DNA of 64,000 bases from Candidatus Hodarchaeota archaeon (GCA_048886685.1 JBHLKM010000005.1:200659-264658), one strand, 5' to 3'. Positions 49,636 through 60,031 are shown, numbered from the stretch's first letter. The notes: generated by a model not told the origin, from the letters alone. Numbers and translations are program-made.

Positions 49636-49699
49636 TTAAATTTTATCCTAAATTTAATGAAAATTCGGATGGAAAGGTAAGTTCAGAGTTTGATTTCAA
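49636..49699 (+). repeat. Dispersed intergenic repeat, copy C (more diverged)
   Basis: ttaaattttatcc...gaaaggtaagttcagagtttgatttcaa. Confidence 0.7.
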
Positions 49700-49795
49700 A
49701 AGTTGAATTACACCTCTGAGGGCGGAAAAACTATTATTAAATATTATCTTAATTAAACAATATCTTAAATAAATCATAAGAAGTGGTTATCAAAA

Positions 49796-50647
49796 ATGGA
49801 GTATGAAACTATAATATTTGAAATCGAAAATCAGATTGCAACCATCACTTTAAACAGGCCAGAACGTCTTAATGCCTGGACTTTGAAGATGGATGCTGAA
49901 ATATGGAATGCATTAACTAAAATCGAAAATGATCCTAACATTCGAGTATCGATTTTGACAGGGGCAGGAAGAGGATTCTGTGCCGGAGCAGATCTTAAGG
50001 AAGGTACTCGCATGTCAGAATTCAAAACTGGTGAAAGTCAGAATAATGTAATAAGTGAAGAAATCGAAGGTGATGATCAGAGAGAGAGTAGAATTAACCA
50101 ATATTTTTCTCTCAGAAAACCTGTAATAGTAGCAATAAATGGTCCAGTTGTAGGAGTGGGAGTTACAATGATTCTACCATTTGATATCCGAATAGCTGCC
50201 GAGAGTGCACGTATTGGAATAGTTTTTAATAAACGAGGTGTCGTCGCTGGGACATGTTCTTCTTGGGTATTACCACGCATTATTGGAATCAGTAAAGCTG
50301 CTGAATTAATGTATACCGGTAGAATTGTAAATGCTAAAGAAGCCTTGGAATTTGGCCTTGTCAGTCGCGTCGTACCTGATGATAAATTAATGGACACTGC
50401 AGAGGAAATAGCTGAAGAAATATTGTTAAACGCTCCTGTTTCTGTTGCCATTACAAAACAAATGCTATATCAATTCCTTACCGAAACAGATATTATTAAA
50501 GTAGAAAGGATTAACAATCAATATTTTAGCTGGACTGGAACTCAACCAGATGCTAAAGAAGGAATAGTCTCATTCTTGGAAAAAAGAAAACCCGAGTGGA
50601 AAATGAAAGTACCAGGGGATCTACCTGATTTTTTCCCGTTGACTTAA
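49796..50647 (+). CDS. Enoyl-CoA hydratase/isomerase family protein
   Basis: TLNRPERLNA, FCAGADL, AINGPVVGVG. Confidence 0.93.
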   Translation: MEYETIIFEIENQIATITLNRPERLNAWTLKMDAEIWNALTKIENDPNIRVSILTGAGRGFCAGADLKEGTRMSEFKTGESQNNVISEEIEGDDQRESRINQYFSLRKPVIVAINGPVVGVGVTMILPFDIRIAAESARIGIVFNKRGVVAGTCSSWVLPRIIGISKAAELMYTGRIVNAKEALEFGLVSRVVPDDKLMDTAEEIAEEILLNAPVSVAITKQMLYQFLTETDIIKVERINNQYFSWTGTQPDAKEGIVSFLEKRKPEWKMKVPGDLPDFFPLT

Positions 50648-50694
50648 GAAAATTGAATTATAATAATCTCTATTTTTTACTTATTTATTAAAAT

Positions 50695-50857
50695 CCAGTG
50701 AAAGACTGCTTCACTGTTGTTATGTTCGAAAAGTGCACCTTAAACCTTTATAAGCATATGTTTTTCTCATTGCTTGATTGAAGTCATTTCCATTTCCATA
50801 TAAACTTGATTTCAAAAACAGGGGCGGGTTTCAAACTTAAATCTCCCCGAATTTTAC
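50695..50857. repeat. Diverged copy of the 34.0-kb element with a REP-like GGGGCGGGTTTCAAAC segment
   Basis: tttccatttccat (50787) and caggggcggg (50819) have the same 32-bp offset as 34029/34061. Confidence 0.6.
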
Positions 50858-50868
50858 GACATTATAAA

Positions 50869-51264
50869 TCAATCAACACATCGTAAAATTTCTAGCACTT
50901 CTCGTTCTGTCTTTAGATCTAAATCACCTTCAAGCCTAATATCTAATCCTCTTTTTATAACATCAAGAATATAACTGGCAAACTTCTCTATTCCATCTTC
51001 TCGGATACATCTAGCAAATGCTCTAATTTTAGGACTGTAAGAGTCACTATACATATCTTTATTACAAGGAAATTCAGTACATTCCCAACAACCATTAATT
51101 TCCTTTTCAACGCAGCAATTGAATTGGTAACATCCAGTTGAACTCAATTGTTTACAACATCTATTAATTTTTGATTTGCATCCATCACACTCATCTGAAC
51201 GATGGCATATTTTACAGATTAATCCACAATAAGCTGTACTTGAAATAATATCTTGTTTATTCAT
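50869..51264 (-). CDS. Cys-rich DUF3795-like protein (start likely at MNKQ)
   Basis: AYCGLICKIC...CDGC...CWECTEFPC. Confidence 0.85.
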   Translation of the reverse strand: MNKQDIISSTAYCGLICKICHRSDECDGCKSKINRCCKQLSSTGCYQFNCCVEKEINGCWECTEFPCNKDMYSDSYSPKIRAFARCIREDGIEKFASYILDVIKRGLDIRLEGDLDLKTEREVLEILRCVD

Positions 51265-51415
51265 TTTGATATTCCCATACAATAAATAGATTTGGCTACT
51301 ATTAAAAATGTTCTTTAGAAGCAAATAAAAAAAACCAATTATGTGAAACTATACCACAATAAATCAAATACTATAAATGAAATTCACTAGAAATTTCTAT
51401 TTTATTGTTTTCAAA

Positions 51416-52318
51416 TCATGTTTTTTGGGATTTATCCGCATTTTTTCTGATAGCGTTAACGATTGTAGGCCACGTTTCGGGGGGTAAACTGTGCCCCATC
51501 CCGTCGATTATCACTAACTCTGCTCCGGGAATTGACTCGGCTGTATCTTTTCCTCCCATAACTGGAACGAGTGGGTCATCTCCCCCGTGGATGACTACAG
51601 TTGGGGCAGTTATTGATGATAATTTCGGTTTGCGGTTTCCATGAGCTATTGTAGCCATTAGTTGGCGTACCCTTCCTTGGGGGTAAAAACATCTGTCATA
51701 AACTCTTGCCATCATATCACGCCTTCTATTCTCATCAAACGGAAATCCTGTTCCATAGATAGTTTTTCCAGTTTTCACTCTATGTTCGATATAAGCTTCA
51801 CGCTCAGTAGGTGCGGGAGTAAAAAGTATATCTGCTATTTCTGGTTTAGCTCGTGGAAGATCAGGATTTCCAGTTGATCCCATGATGGAAACCAAACTAA
51901 GCACGCGATCAGGATGCCTATATCCTATTGTTTGCGTTATTGCTGCACCCATGGATGCACCGCAAATATGCGCCTTTTCTATCCTCAACGCATCCAATAA
52001 ACCTACAGCATCATCAGCCATATCGTCAGTTGTGTAATCATACGTAATTTTTTCTCCTCTTTGGCGGGCTCGAGCTGCTTCTATAGTGTTCGGAATTCCC
52101 AAGTGCTCAAATTTAGTCGATAATCCAACATCTCTATTATCAAACCTGATTACAAAAAAACCCTTCTTAACAAGCATTTCACAAAATTCTTCAGGCCATT
52201 GAATTAATTGTGCCCCTAATCCCATAATTAGAAGTAAAGGTTCTGATGTACTATCTCCAAATGTGTCATATTCCAGTTCTATATTATTAGCTTTTACCTT
52301 TGGCATATTTATTATCAT
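51416..52318 (-). CDS. Alpha/beta hydrolase
   Basis: FDNRDVGLS, GASMG, HGGDDPL, GMGH. Confidence 0.93.
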   Translation of the reverse strand: MIINMPKVKANNIELEYDTFGDSTSEPLLLIMGLGAQLIQWPEEFCEMLVKKGFFVIRFDNRDVGLSTKFEHLGIPNTIEAARARQRGEKITYDYTTDDMADDAVGLLDALRIEKAHICGASMGAAITQTIGYRHPDRVLSLVSIMGSTGNPDLPRAKPEIADILFTPAPTEREAYIEHRVKTGKTIYGTGFPFDENRRRDMMARVYDRCFYPQGRVRQLMATIAHGNRKPKLSSITAPTVVIHGGDDPLVPVMGGKDTAESIPGAELVIIDGMGHSLPPETWPTIVNAIRKNADKSQKT

Positions 52319-52513
52319 ATAACTGTTTATTTTTCTTTGTAATATTTAGCAATTAATCAATTTACCTATTTTTGAGTTTTTAATTTTTTTATAAATTACT
52401 AAAGATTCCTTTTTTTATAGTAAATAAATAAATAGCCTCTAATTGTTCATCATGATTACAAGATAGAATGGAACCTACCAGTATTCATTTTACCACCATC
52501 TTAAATTATAAAT

Positions 52514-52741
52514 TTGTCGGAGTCTCAAAGCTTATTTTTGAGCAGTGATGTTTACCTCATGATGGGAGAACCTGGATCTTATTATGATTGGAAGGCTCGA
52601 TTTAAACACAAAAGAGAACATAGAAAGATGAAGAGGATTAATTCGTTAGGAATCTATGTTCATGAGTTCGGTGAGTTTTTAGAAGATTGGAAAAAGAAAA
52701 ATCTCCCGATGAATGGAAAGTCGAGAAAAATCTTATTTTAA
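52514..52741 (+). CDS. Small hypothetical protein
   Basis: ORF only; start may be MMGEP. Confidence 0.4.
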   Translation: MSESQSLFLSSDVYLMMGEPGSYYDWKARFKHKREHRKMKRINSLGIYVHEFGEFLEDWKKKNLPMNGKSRKILF

Positions 52742-52932
52742 CTTATATAAATACTCTTTTTCAGCAAATAAACATCTTCAGAATTAGTTGATTTTAAAAA
52801 AATAAATTTTTCAAATCGTAATATTACTTTCCTTAAGATTCGAACTTCGTTTGAAGTTAATGAAGTTAAACTATTAATAAAATTAAATCTAAATAATAAT
52901 TAATAAGAAAAAAACAAAAAAAGGTTAAAAAA

Positions 52933-53007
52933 ATGAATAAAAGAGAAAAAAAGATCAGTAAGGTAGTTGTTGGATACAATCCAGTTATTCAAAATTTAAT
53001 AAGGTAA
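52933..53007 (+). CDS. 24-aa basic peptide MNKREKKISKVVVGYNPVIQNLIR
   Basis: AAGGT SD-like sequence after an A-rich leader, T-rich tract downstream; same layout as 33883-33951. Confidence 0.45.
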   Translation: MNKREKKISKVVVGYNPVIQNLIR

Positions 53008-53108
53008 TTTTTTTCAATTTTTTATTTTTCTATTTCTGTTATATTTTCTTATGAAATTTAATAGTTCACTATAAGTTCAATAGTTTAGTATTTTTATGGA
53101 ATGGTTTC

Positions 53109-54173
53109 TTGTTATCTTTAAAAATGTCTCTCCAAGATTTAGAAATAATATATAAAGAAATTGAGAAAGAACTTATTGGATATATTAATTTTCGTGGTGA
53201 AATTGAAGATATTCCTTCAAAAATAGAAGAGCTATATCAATATTACAAAGAGTTTTTATTGGGTCCTCCCTTTGCTATTATTGATTATGGCGTATATAGT
53301 GAAGGGGGTAAAGATATTGATCTTTGTTTTCCAATTAAAGAATCCATAGAGTTAGATAACATTAACACTAAATATCTCGATGAGGTTGAAGTATTATCTA
53401 AAATACATAATGATTCATTAGAAACTATTGAAGATAGCTTCCAACATTTAAGTACATATTTCAAATTTCATGGACTTCCAGGTACTGAGTGGTTACGATT
53501 AGTCTTTCATCATTATGATACGAATTTTCCAGAGAATAATGAAATAGAAATACAAAAAGGAATACATCCATGGGATAAACGATTAGCCTCGAGTTTAGAT
53601 AGAATTTTAGGTGAAAAAGCAAGAAAGAAAATCTTAAAAGGTAGAGAAAAACTATTTACTATTGAATCAAGCAATGAAGAGCGAACTCGATGGTTAAAAT
53701 CAGTAATCGAAAGAATAGACCAGACGGCAAAAGAATACGAGAAATATGATATTTTGTCTCATTGTGCTCATAAATTTTCTCGAAAACGAATTCAATCATT
53801 AAAATCAATATATAAGGAAACAGGAGATTTAAATGAAGTTCTTAAAGAAATGCACAAGGATTATGAGTGGTATGAAGACCCCGCACTTAAAGATAACATA
53901 ATCTATGTGACTAAAATTCCTTATAATCCTGAAGGATATAAAAAAGCAGATACTCTCAAAGAGAAACAGGCAAATTACTGCCATTGTCCATTAGTTAGAA
54001 ATCATTTTAATGAGGGAATTTCACCAGCATTTTGTAACTGTAGTGCTGGTTGGTATCGTCAACTATGGGAAGGTATTATTGGAAGGCCTGTAAACATTAA
54101 AATATTGAAATCATTAATTAAAGGAGATCAGAATTGTAAATTCGCAATTCATTTACCTTTATTCTCCTCTTGA
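53109..54173 (+). CDS. GyrI-like small-molecule-binding domain plus a Cys-rich C-terminal domain
   Basis: GPPFAI...DIDLCFPI...EIEIQ; CAH, YCHCP, FCNCSAGW...C. Confidence 0.7.
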   Translation: MLSLKMSLQDLEIIYKEIEKELIGYINFRGEIEDIPSKIEELYQYYKEFLLGPPFAIIDYGVYSEGGKDIDLCFPIKESIELDNINTKYLDEVEVLSKIHNDSLETIEDSFQHLSTYFKFHGLPGTEWLRLVFHHYDTNFPENNEIEIQKGIHPWDKRLASSLDRILGEKARKKILKGREKLFTIESSNEERTRWLKSVIERIDQTAKEYEKYDILSHCAHKFSRKRIQSLKSIYKETGDLNEVLKEMHKDYEWYEDPALKDNIIYVTKIPYNPEGYKKADTLKEKQANYCHCPLVRNHFNEGISPAFCNCSAGWYRQLWEGIIGRPVNIKILKSLIKGDQNCKFAIHLPLFSS

Positions 54174-54201
54174 GCCGATTAAAAAAAAAAAATAAAAAAG
54201 A

Positions 54202-56091
54202 TTATCCATATAAATCTTTAATCACAAAATCCAAATTTAGATCTGCTAAACTTTCTTTTAAAGGAAAACCGTTCTTAGGATTCCAACCCATTTTTTCACA
54301 GAATCCCTGATAATCACCTTTATAATCTATTGTTTTACCCTTATGAGGTCCGCTTTCAAAGGGGGGATTGCCAATTGCCCTTCCAGGTAACTCATTCTCA
54401 GCAAGTATTACTCCTTCTCTAATCGTAAAAGCCTGACGTAGAGTTTGTATTCTTAATCCAGTTTTAATTAACTCCTCAACTGATATATCCCATCCCGTCG
54501 CGGCCTTGATCAATTCCATCATAGGGTAATTTGAGATCATATTAGAAAACATACATAATCCGAGACTATTTGAAAATTGAGCTAGTGTATTTACTAACAT
54601 AAGAGCCTTAAATCTATCGTCACCCATCTGTCTAAAATTCTTTGGAATAATAAATCCATCTATTAGTTCATTTCTTCCGATAGGACCCATAGCTACCATA
54701 TCTACATTTGGAGTAGTATGCCTTCCAGGGGTAGGATCAAATGCAAAAGCTAATCCAAGAGAACTCATGAACTTAGAATCATGCATCCCAAGCTCTTGAC
54801 CTAAAGATGTAATAGCATATTGTTCACTTCCTTTACCGATCCTTTCAGAAGCTCTCTTACACCCATCTGCCAGAATATCTCCAAATCCTTCTCGATTTAT
54901 CATCTTTTTTACTAGTTTAATTATTTCTACTGAATTTCCCCAGGTCAATTCAAGACCATCTGTATCATCTTTATTTATTAGACCATTCTCAAAACATTCT
55001 ATTGCAAAAGCAACTGTTCCCCCAGCTGAAATAGTGTCTAAACCCGCTCGATTACATATCTCATTCAAATCAAAAATCGACATAAGATCATCATTCAGTA
55101 ATAGAGGCCCAAATGCGGCGCAAGTTTCATATTCAGGGCGATGAGATTCTTCGATATTCAATTCAGGGATCTTCATTATTGCACCGCATCGAAGAGGGCA
55201 AGCAAAACATCCATAAGGTTTTTGCTTATATTTATCAATCTCCCCAGCTGAAATTTTATTCAATCTATTAGTTGGAAAGTCTTCTATTGAACTTCCCGCC
55301 CAATTTTTTACTGGTGTATCTCCCGAACTTCCCGAGAAGACATTACCTGCAGTTGTACCGTACGTTTTAAATATGCTAATTATACCCCCTTTTGTTTCTG
55401 CTACTCTATTATTATAATCTTTTGTATGATTACGTAATGAATCTTCATCTGAAAGTGGAATTTTCTTATTTCCTTTAAGGACAATTGCTTTTAGTTTTTT
55501 AGAGCCCATAGTCGCCCCGAATCCTGATCTTGCTGCAATTCTACCTTTATCGTTAACAATACCCGAAATTAATGAAAGTTTTTCACTTGAATGGCCTATA
55601 CATGCTAATTGAACTGTACCATGTTTTTCTCTTAATTTATCTTCAGTTTCAATTGCATCTAATCCCCAAACCTCCGATGCATCTACAATATTAACCTCAT
55701 CATCAATAACAGTGATATATTTTGGAGTTGTTGCAATACCTTTTATCAATATCCCATCGTATCCGCATTTTTTAATTTCTGGTCCAAAAAAGCCACCACT
55801 GTTAGCATCCCCCCATGTCCCTGTTAAAGGTGATTTACCTGCAATCATATATCGTCCACTAAAAGGAGCTACTGTACCAGTTAGTAATCCAGGAAAAATT
55901 CCTAGAATTGCGTCAGGCCCTAAGGGATCTGCTTTTGCAGGCATGTTATCATAAATTAATTTTGCTGCTAATCCATAACCTCCAAGATATTGGCGATAAG
56001 TCTCTTCCGGTAGAATTTCTTCCTTAAAGGAATTTTCTGAAAGATCAACCCATAATATTTTACCAAAAAAACCATTTGCCATAAATTTCAT
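54202..56091 (-). CDS. aor: Aldehyde:ferredoxin oxidoreductase (W-pterin)
   Basis: YLGGYG, KSPLTG, MGSKKLKA, CFACPLRC, PEYET, GLDTIS. Confidence 0.93.
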   Translation of the reverse strand: MKFMANGFFGKILWVDLSENSFKEEILPEETYRQYLGGYGLAAKLIYDNMPAKADPLGPDAILGIFPGLLTGTVAPFSGRYMIAGKSPLTGTWGDANSGGFFGPEIKKCGYDGILIKGIATTPKYITVIDDEVNIVDASEVWGLDAIETEDKLREKHGTVQLACIGHSSEKLSLISGIVNDKGRIAARSGFGATMGSKKLKAIVLKGNKKIPLSDEDSLRNHTKDYNNRVAETKGGIISIFKTYGTTAGNVFSGSSGDTPVKNWAGSSIEDFPTNRLNKISAGEIDKYKQKPYGCFACPLRCGAIMKIPELNIEESHRPEYETCAAFGPLLLNDDLMSIFDLNEICNRAGLDTISAGGTVAFAIECFENGLINKDDTDGLELTWGNSVEIIKLVKKMINREGFGDILADGCKRASERIGKGSEQYAITSLGQELGMHDSKFMSSLGLAFAFDPTPGRHTTPNVDMVAMGPIGRNELIDGFIIPKNFRQMGDDRFKALMLVNTLAQFSNSLGLCMFSNMISNYPMMELIKAATGWDISVEELIKTGLRIQTLRQAFTIREGVILAENELPGRAIGNPPFESGPHKGKTIDYKGDYQGFCEKMGWNPKNGFPLKESLADLNLDFVIKDLYG

Positions 56092-56239
56092 ACCTTTTTG
56101 TTGTTTTTGTAAATTTTAACAGTATTTATTAAATTCTTTTTTTAAATTAATAGATTGTTATTTTAATCTTTAACGTAGACACAAATGTATAAAAATCAGC
56201 TTATCATTAATTTATATGCAACAAAATTGAGGTGTTAAT

Positions 56240-56671
56240 ATGCCAAGAGTTGAAATAAAATCGGATATGAATGCAAAAGCGAAAACCATTTATGATATTT
56301 TAATGAATGATGATCTTGAAGCCAAGTGGAACTTAACAGTAAATGAAACGCAAAGTATAGGTCCAGATAAATGGGAAGTGAAATCTACGATAGGAGATCT
56401 TACATCCACACGTGTAGAAGCAAAAGAAAATGAAAGAATTACATTTGATATTGAAGGCTCTATTTTTAATAGAATGGGATATATATTAAAACCGAAGGGG
56501 AATACCACTAAAGTTGTAGGCTGGGGAGAATTCGAAGATGAGAAGAATAAAAAGATGCTAGAATCTGCTGGAGGTATCCTTTTAGAAAGTTTGAAGAGAT
56601 TTGCTGAATATGTCGAAGAAGGTGGTGATCCAGAAGAATTTAATAAGAAAGCGCTAACTATAACTCCTTAA
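56240..56671 (+). CDS. SRPBCC/START-like protein
   Basis: IYDILMN...KW...LESLKRFAE; GAGGTG SD. Confidence 0.8.
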   Translation: MPRVEIKSDMNAKAKTIYDILMNDDLEAKWNLTVNETQSIGPDKWEVKSTIGDLTSTRVEAKENERITFDIEGSIFNRMGYILKPKGNTTKVVGWGEFEDEKNKKMLESAGGILLESLKRFAEYVEEGGDPEEFNKKALTITP

Positions 56672-58255
56672 TTCTTTTTTTTTTTTTAAAGAATCTGTTT
56701 TTTTGATAATTCTTTTTCGTCTTAAATTTCGATCCAGTATTATAAATGAAATATATGCAATCTCAATAAGAGCTAAATTGCTATATAGTCTTATAAGATT
56801 TATTTCAAAACCAAGAAGAAACAAAATAGTGAGAATAATTGGAATAAAGATAAAGCCGATATAAACACTATGAACCATTTGTTTTCTAATTATGAAAAAG
56901 ATTTTTTTTTTATTCTGAGGTAAATCGATTTTTACGGTCTTTTCTTTTTTCCATAATTTCCATTTGTTAAAATCATTTATTGTATAACTCCATTCAAGAT
57001 TTGCAGCAGCAAGTTGTTTGTTATCTTCTTTCCAAGGACCAATATCACATTTTAAAATCAATCCATGATTATGCTTATCCCTCCAGACTCCTGATGTAAA
57101 GTTACCCCCAGAATATGCTAACAATTTGTTAGGTGTGTTTTTCTCAGATACTCTTGTGATTGCTTGAGGAACATGAGGATGATGTCCAAATATCAAATCC
57201 CATGGTTTTTCCTCACAACAGTCGTCTCCAAATATCAAGAGATCTTTACCCTTTACATTCATGCTATCCCTCACATAATCCTCATTTTCATAATGCCAAT
57301 GCGGGAAAAGAATATTAAATTTATCTTTACCGAAATAATCATTTTTCCATTCATATAGGCTAATATAATTAACGGTTTTCTTATGATTTACCCACATAGT
57401 TCCAGATACAATTCTTATTTTTTTTAATAAATCATCATCTTCCTGAAATTTATAACCTTCATAGGGAAAATAGGGTTTTTCTCGTGGTCCAAACACTTCT
57501 ATTTCATCTTTCTCTTCTAATCTATCCTGAGTTTTTTTAAATATCTCGTAACCGAAATCCCCACTATGGTTGTTACTCATGCACAGTAACCACTTTGTTT
57601 TCTTATTACCTTTAATCAATCTTAACAACTGTTCAATGATTTCTTCATTATGATTTTGAGAAGCTAATCCTTCTTTTTTGTCAGAAATTAATCCTTCTAA
57701 ATTCCCAACAATTAAATCAGTTTCTTTAAAAAAATCCTTAAGCTTATCACCAAAACTTAATTCGTATTTATTCATTTTCATAATATCTCCGATAAAGCCA
57801 ATAGAATATTTTTTAGACCCAGTTAACTCATTCAAAGGAATTTTGAACCAAGGTTTTTTTTCATCACTTACTTTTTTTTTTACCCAGATTAGGGAACCTA
57901 TACCTATATTTGGGATATCATATTTTTTTTTGTAGATCCGTCTTGAGATGAAATTTGTTAACCAAAAGAGAATCAAAAAGATTGCAACTAGCATTGAGAT
58001 ATATGCCCACATAGGCAAAAAATCAATTAGAGTAAAAGGTAAAGTGATGAATAAAATTATTATGGGAATACCTCCATAAATATTGATATGTTTTAGAACC
58101 CAATTTATTGATTCCTTAACATTATAAGGGATGCTAATAATATTTTTAGAGTATTTTTTTGCTTTTTCCCAATAAAATGTTTTATCCCACCAACGATTTA
58201 TTTTCACATCTGTTTCTTCTTTTTTGGGTTTTTCTACCACTTCAGGATAATTCAT
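56654..58255 (-). CDS. Membrane-anchored CapA-like metallophosphoesterase (start likely at MNYP)
   Basis: GDIM, GNLEG, NNHSGDFG, PHW, GHHPHVPQ, YSGGNF; 2 TM at each end. Confidence 0.85.
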   Translation of the reverse strand: MNYPEVVEKPKKEETDVKINRWWDKTFYWEKAKKYSKNIISIPYNVKESINWVLKHINIYGGIPIIILFITLPFTLIDFLPMWAYISMLVAIFLILFWLTNFISRRIYKKKYDIPNIGIGSLIWVKKKVSDEKKPWFKIPLNELTGSKKYSIGFIGDIMKMNKYELSFGDKLKDFFKETDLIVGNLEGLISDKKEGLASQNHNEEIIEQLLRLIKGNKKTKWLLCMSNNHSGDFGYEIFKKTQDRLEEKDEIEVFGPREKPYFPYEGYKFQEDDDLLKKIRIVSGTMWVNHKKTVNYISLYEWKNDYFGKDKFNILFPHWHYENEDYVRDSMNVKGKDLLIFGDDCCEEKPWDLIFGHHPHVPQAITRVSEKNTPNKLLAYSGGNFTSGVWRDKHNHGLILKCDIGPWKEDNKQLAAANLEWSYTINDFNKWKLWKKEKTVKIDLPQNKKKIFFIIRKQMVHSVYIGFIFIPIILTILFLLGFEINLIRLYSNLALIEIAYISFIILDRNLRRKRIIKKTDSLKKKKELRSYS

Positions 58256-58400
58256 ATAGAAATCTTTAATCCCATTATAATTAAATATTACTTTTTTGTG
58301 AAATTCTTTTTTTAATGATTTAATTTTGATCTTAATTAACAAGACTTAATTTTCTCGCAAATTTTCTATAGTTATAAATAAAGGGATAAGTGTAAAAAGA

Positions 58401-59591
58401 GTGAATAAAGAAAATTGGTCTTTTGATGAAGTAATTGACCGGTCTGAGACTCAGTCTGTAAAGTGGGATACTTATGATAAGGATTTATTACCACTATGGG
58501 TTGCAGATATGGACTTTAAATCACCTGAACCGATTATTAACGCTATTATTGATCGAGCAAAGCATGGTATTTTTGGCTATTCATACTATTATTCTGAATA
58601 TTATGATGCGGTTTTAGGGTGGTTTAAACGTCATTATAAATGGGAAATTAACAAAGAATGGTTATCTTTTACACCAGGAGTAATTCCTGCTATAAATATC
58701 GCCTTACAAGCATATACTAATCGTGGTGATAAGGTGATTGTACAAAATCCCGTGTATTACCCATTTTTTGGAGCAATCGGTAATAGTGGTCGTCAAATTC
58801 TATTTAATCCATTGAAATCATTAAATGGACATTTCCGGATGGACTATAATGATCTCCAAAAGAAGGTTAAGGATCCTAGAGCTAAAATACTAATTCTTTG
58901 TAGCCCTCATAATCCTATTGGAAGAGTATGGACGAAAGATGAGTTAACCCAATTGGGTGAGATTTGCATTGAAAATGAGATCCTTGTTCTATCGGATGAA
59001 ATTCATTGTGATCTAATTTATCCCGGGTATAATCATACGAATTTTGCTACAATTTGTGAAGATTTTGCCCTTAATTCTATAACATTTACATCCTTAAGTA
59101 AAACATTTAATCTTGCAGGTCTTCAACTCTCCAATATCATAATTCCTAATCAAAACTTAAGAAACCTTTTTAGAAATAGTATTGAGAGTTTATTCCTCCC
59201 CGAAGAATTTGGATATCTCCCCAATACATTGTCTCTAGTAGCATTTACAGCAGCTTACAATGAATGTGATGCTTGGTTAAGTTCTCTTATTCAATATCTC
59301 TACCAAAATTTAGAATTTCTTAAGTCTTTTATTAAGAAAAACATCCCTCAAATTCAAGTAAATGAACCTGAAGGAACATATCTAGTATGGCTTGATTTTA
59401 GACAGTTAGGGATTGATAATGACCACATAGAAGAATTTTTACATCAAAAAGCGAAAGTGGCATTGGATGATGGCTCTCAGTTTGGAAAAGGTGGTGAAGG
59501 CTTCCAACGGATAAATATTGCATGTCCACGATCAATTCTGGAAGAAGCTCTTAAAAGAATTAATGAAACTGTAAAGGAATTAAATTATTAA
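58401..59591 (+). CDS. patB: MalY/PatB cystathionine beta-lyase-like PLP enzyme
   Basis: PLWVADMDF, CSPHNPIGRVW, SDEIH, SKTFNLAGL. Confidence 0.9.
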   Translation: MNKENWSFDEVIDRSETQSVKWDTYDKDLLPLWVADMDFKSPEPIINAIIDRAKHGIFGYSYYYSEYYDAVLGWFKRHYKWEINKEWLSFTPGVIPAINIALQAYTNRGDKVIVQNPVYYPFFGAIGNSGRQILFNPLKSLNGHFRMDYNDLQKKVKDPRAKILILCSPHNPIGRVWTKDELTQLGEICIENEILVLSDEIHCDLIYPGYNHTNFATICEDFALNSITFTSLSKTFNLAGLQLSNIIIPNQNLRNLFRNSIESLFLPEEFGYLPNTLSLVAFTAAYNECDAWLSSLIQYLYQNLEFLKSFIKKNIPQIQVNEPEGTYLVWLDFRQLGIDNDHIEEFLHQKAKVALDDGSQFGKGGEGFQRINIACPRSILEEALKRINETVKELNY

Positions 59592-59610
59592 TGAATTTTT
59601 TGATAACTAA

Positions 59611-59958
59611 TCATCCTAATAGCTTGACATTCCTTATTGGGACCCATCCTTTCTTACCTTCTTTATTAGAAACCCAAAACCAACCACTTTCTTGATTCTC
59701 AATGGTTAATTGCTCTCCAACAGATACTGTTAATTCTGTAGCATCATAATCCTGTAATAATCTGGCGATTTCATCTTGAATAGCAAGATAACTGTTTGGA
59801 ATCCATCCTTTCTTACCTTCTTTACTTATACACCAAATCCATCCAGGCCATTCACTTTCCTTTTCTTCAAACTGTACTATATCACCTTTTTGGAGCCTTA
59901 AAGGATCAGGGAAAGGTGTTTTGTAATCAGTTATAACTTTGCAGGATTTCTTTTTCAT
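59611..59958 (-). CDS. Tandem SH3-domain protein
   Basis: DY...L.LQKGD...GWIW...KGWIPNSYL and DYDATELTVSVGE...GWFW...KGWVPIRNV. Confidence 0.88.
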   Translation of the reverse strand: MKKKSCKVITDYKTPFPDPLRLQKGDIVQFEEKESEWPGWIWCISKEGKKGWIPNSYLAIQDEIARLLQDYDATELTVSVGEQLTIENQESGWFWVSNKEGKKGWVPIRNVKLLG

Positions 59959-60031
59959 TTTTAAAAAAACCTTATCAAATCTTATTTATTTTCTTTTTTT
60001 ATTATAGAACGAAATAATTGAGAAGCTATTC

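Noticed and set aside
49655-50857. Repeat C and the 50.8-kb element as terminal inverted repeats around the enoyl-CoA hydratase gene
   Set aside because: Only short, gapped AT-rich matches (aactta, ccgaatttt) and no target-site duplication
2803-57935. Many short antisense or overlapping ORFs (e.g. 2803-3009, 6642-6953, 8887-9210, 9486-10175, 10831-11166, 13492-14934, 20232-20552, 32534-32851, 44502-44819, 50077-50451, 55712-55954)
   Set aside because: They are shadow frames of well-supported genes and have no motifs of their own.
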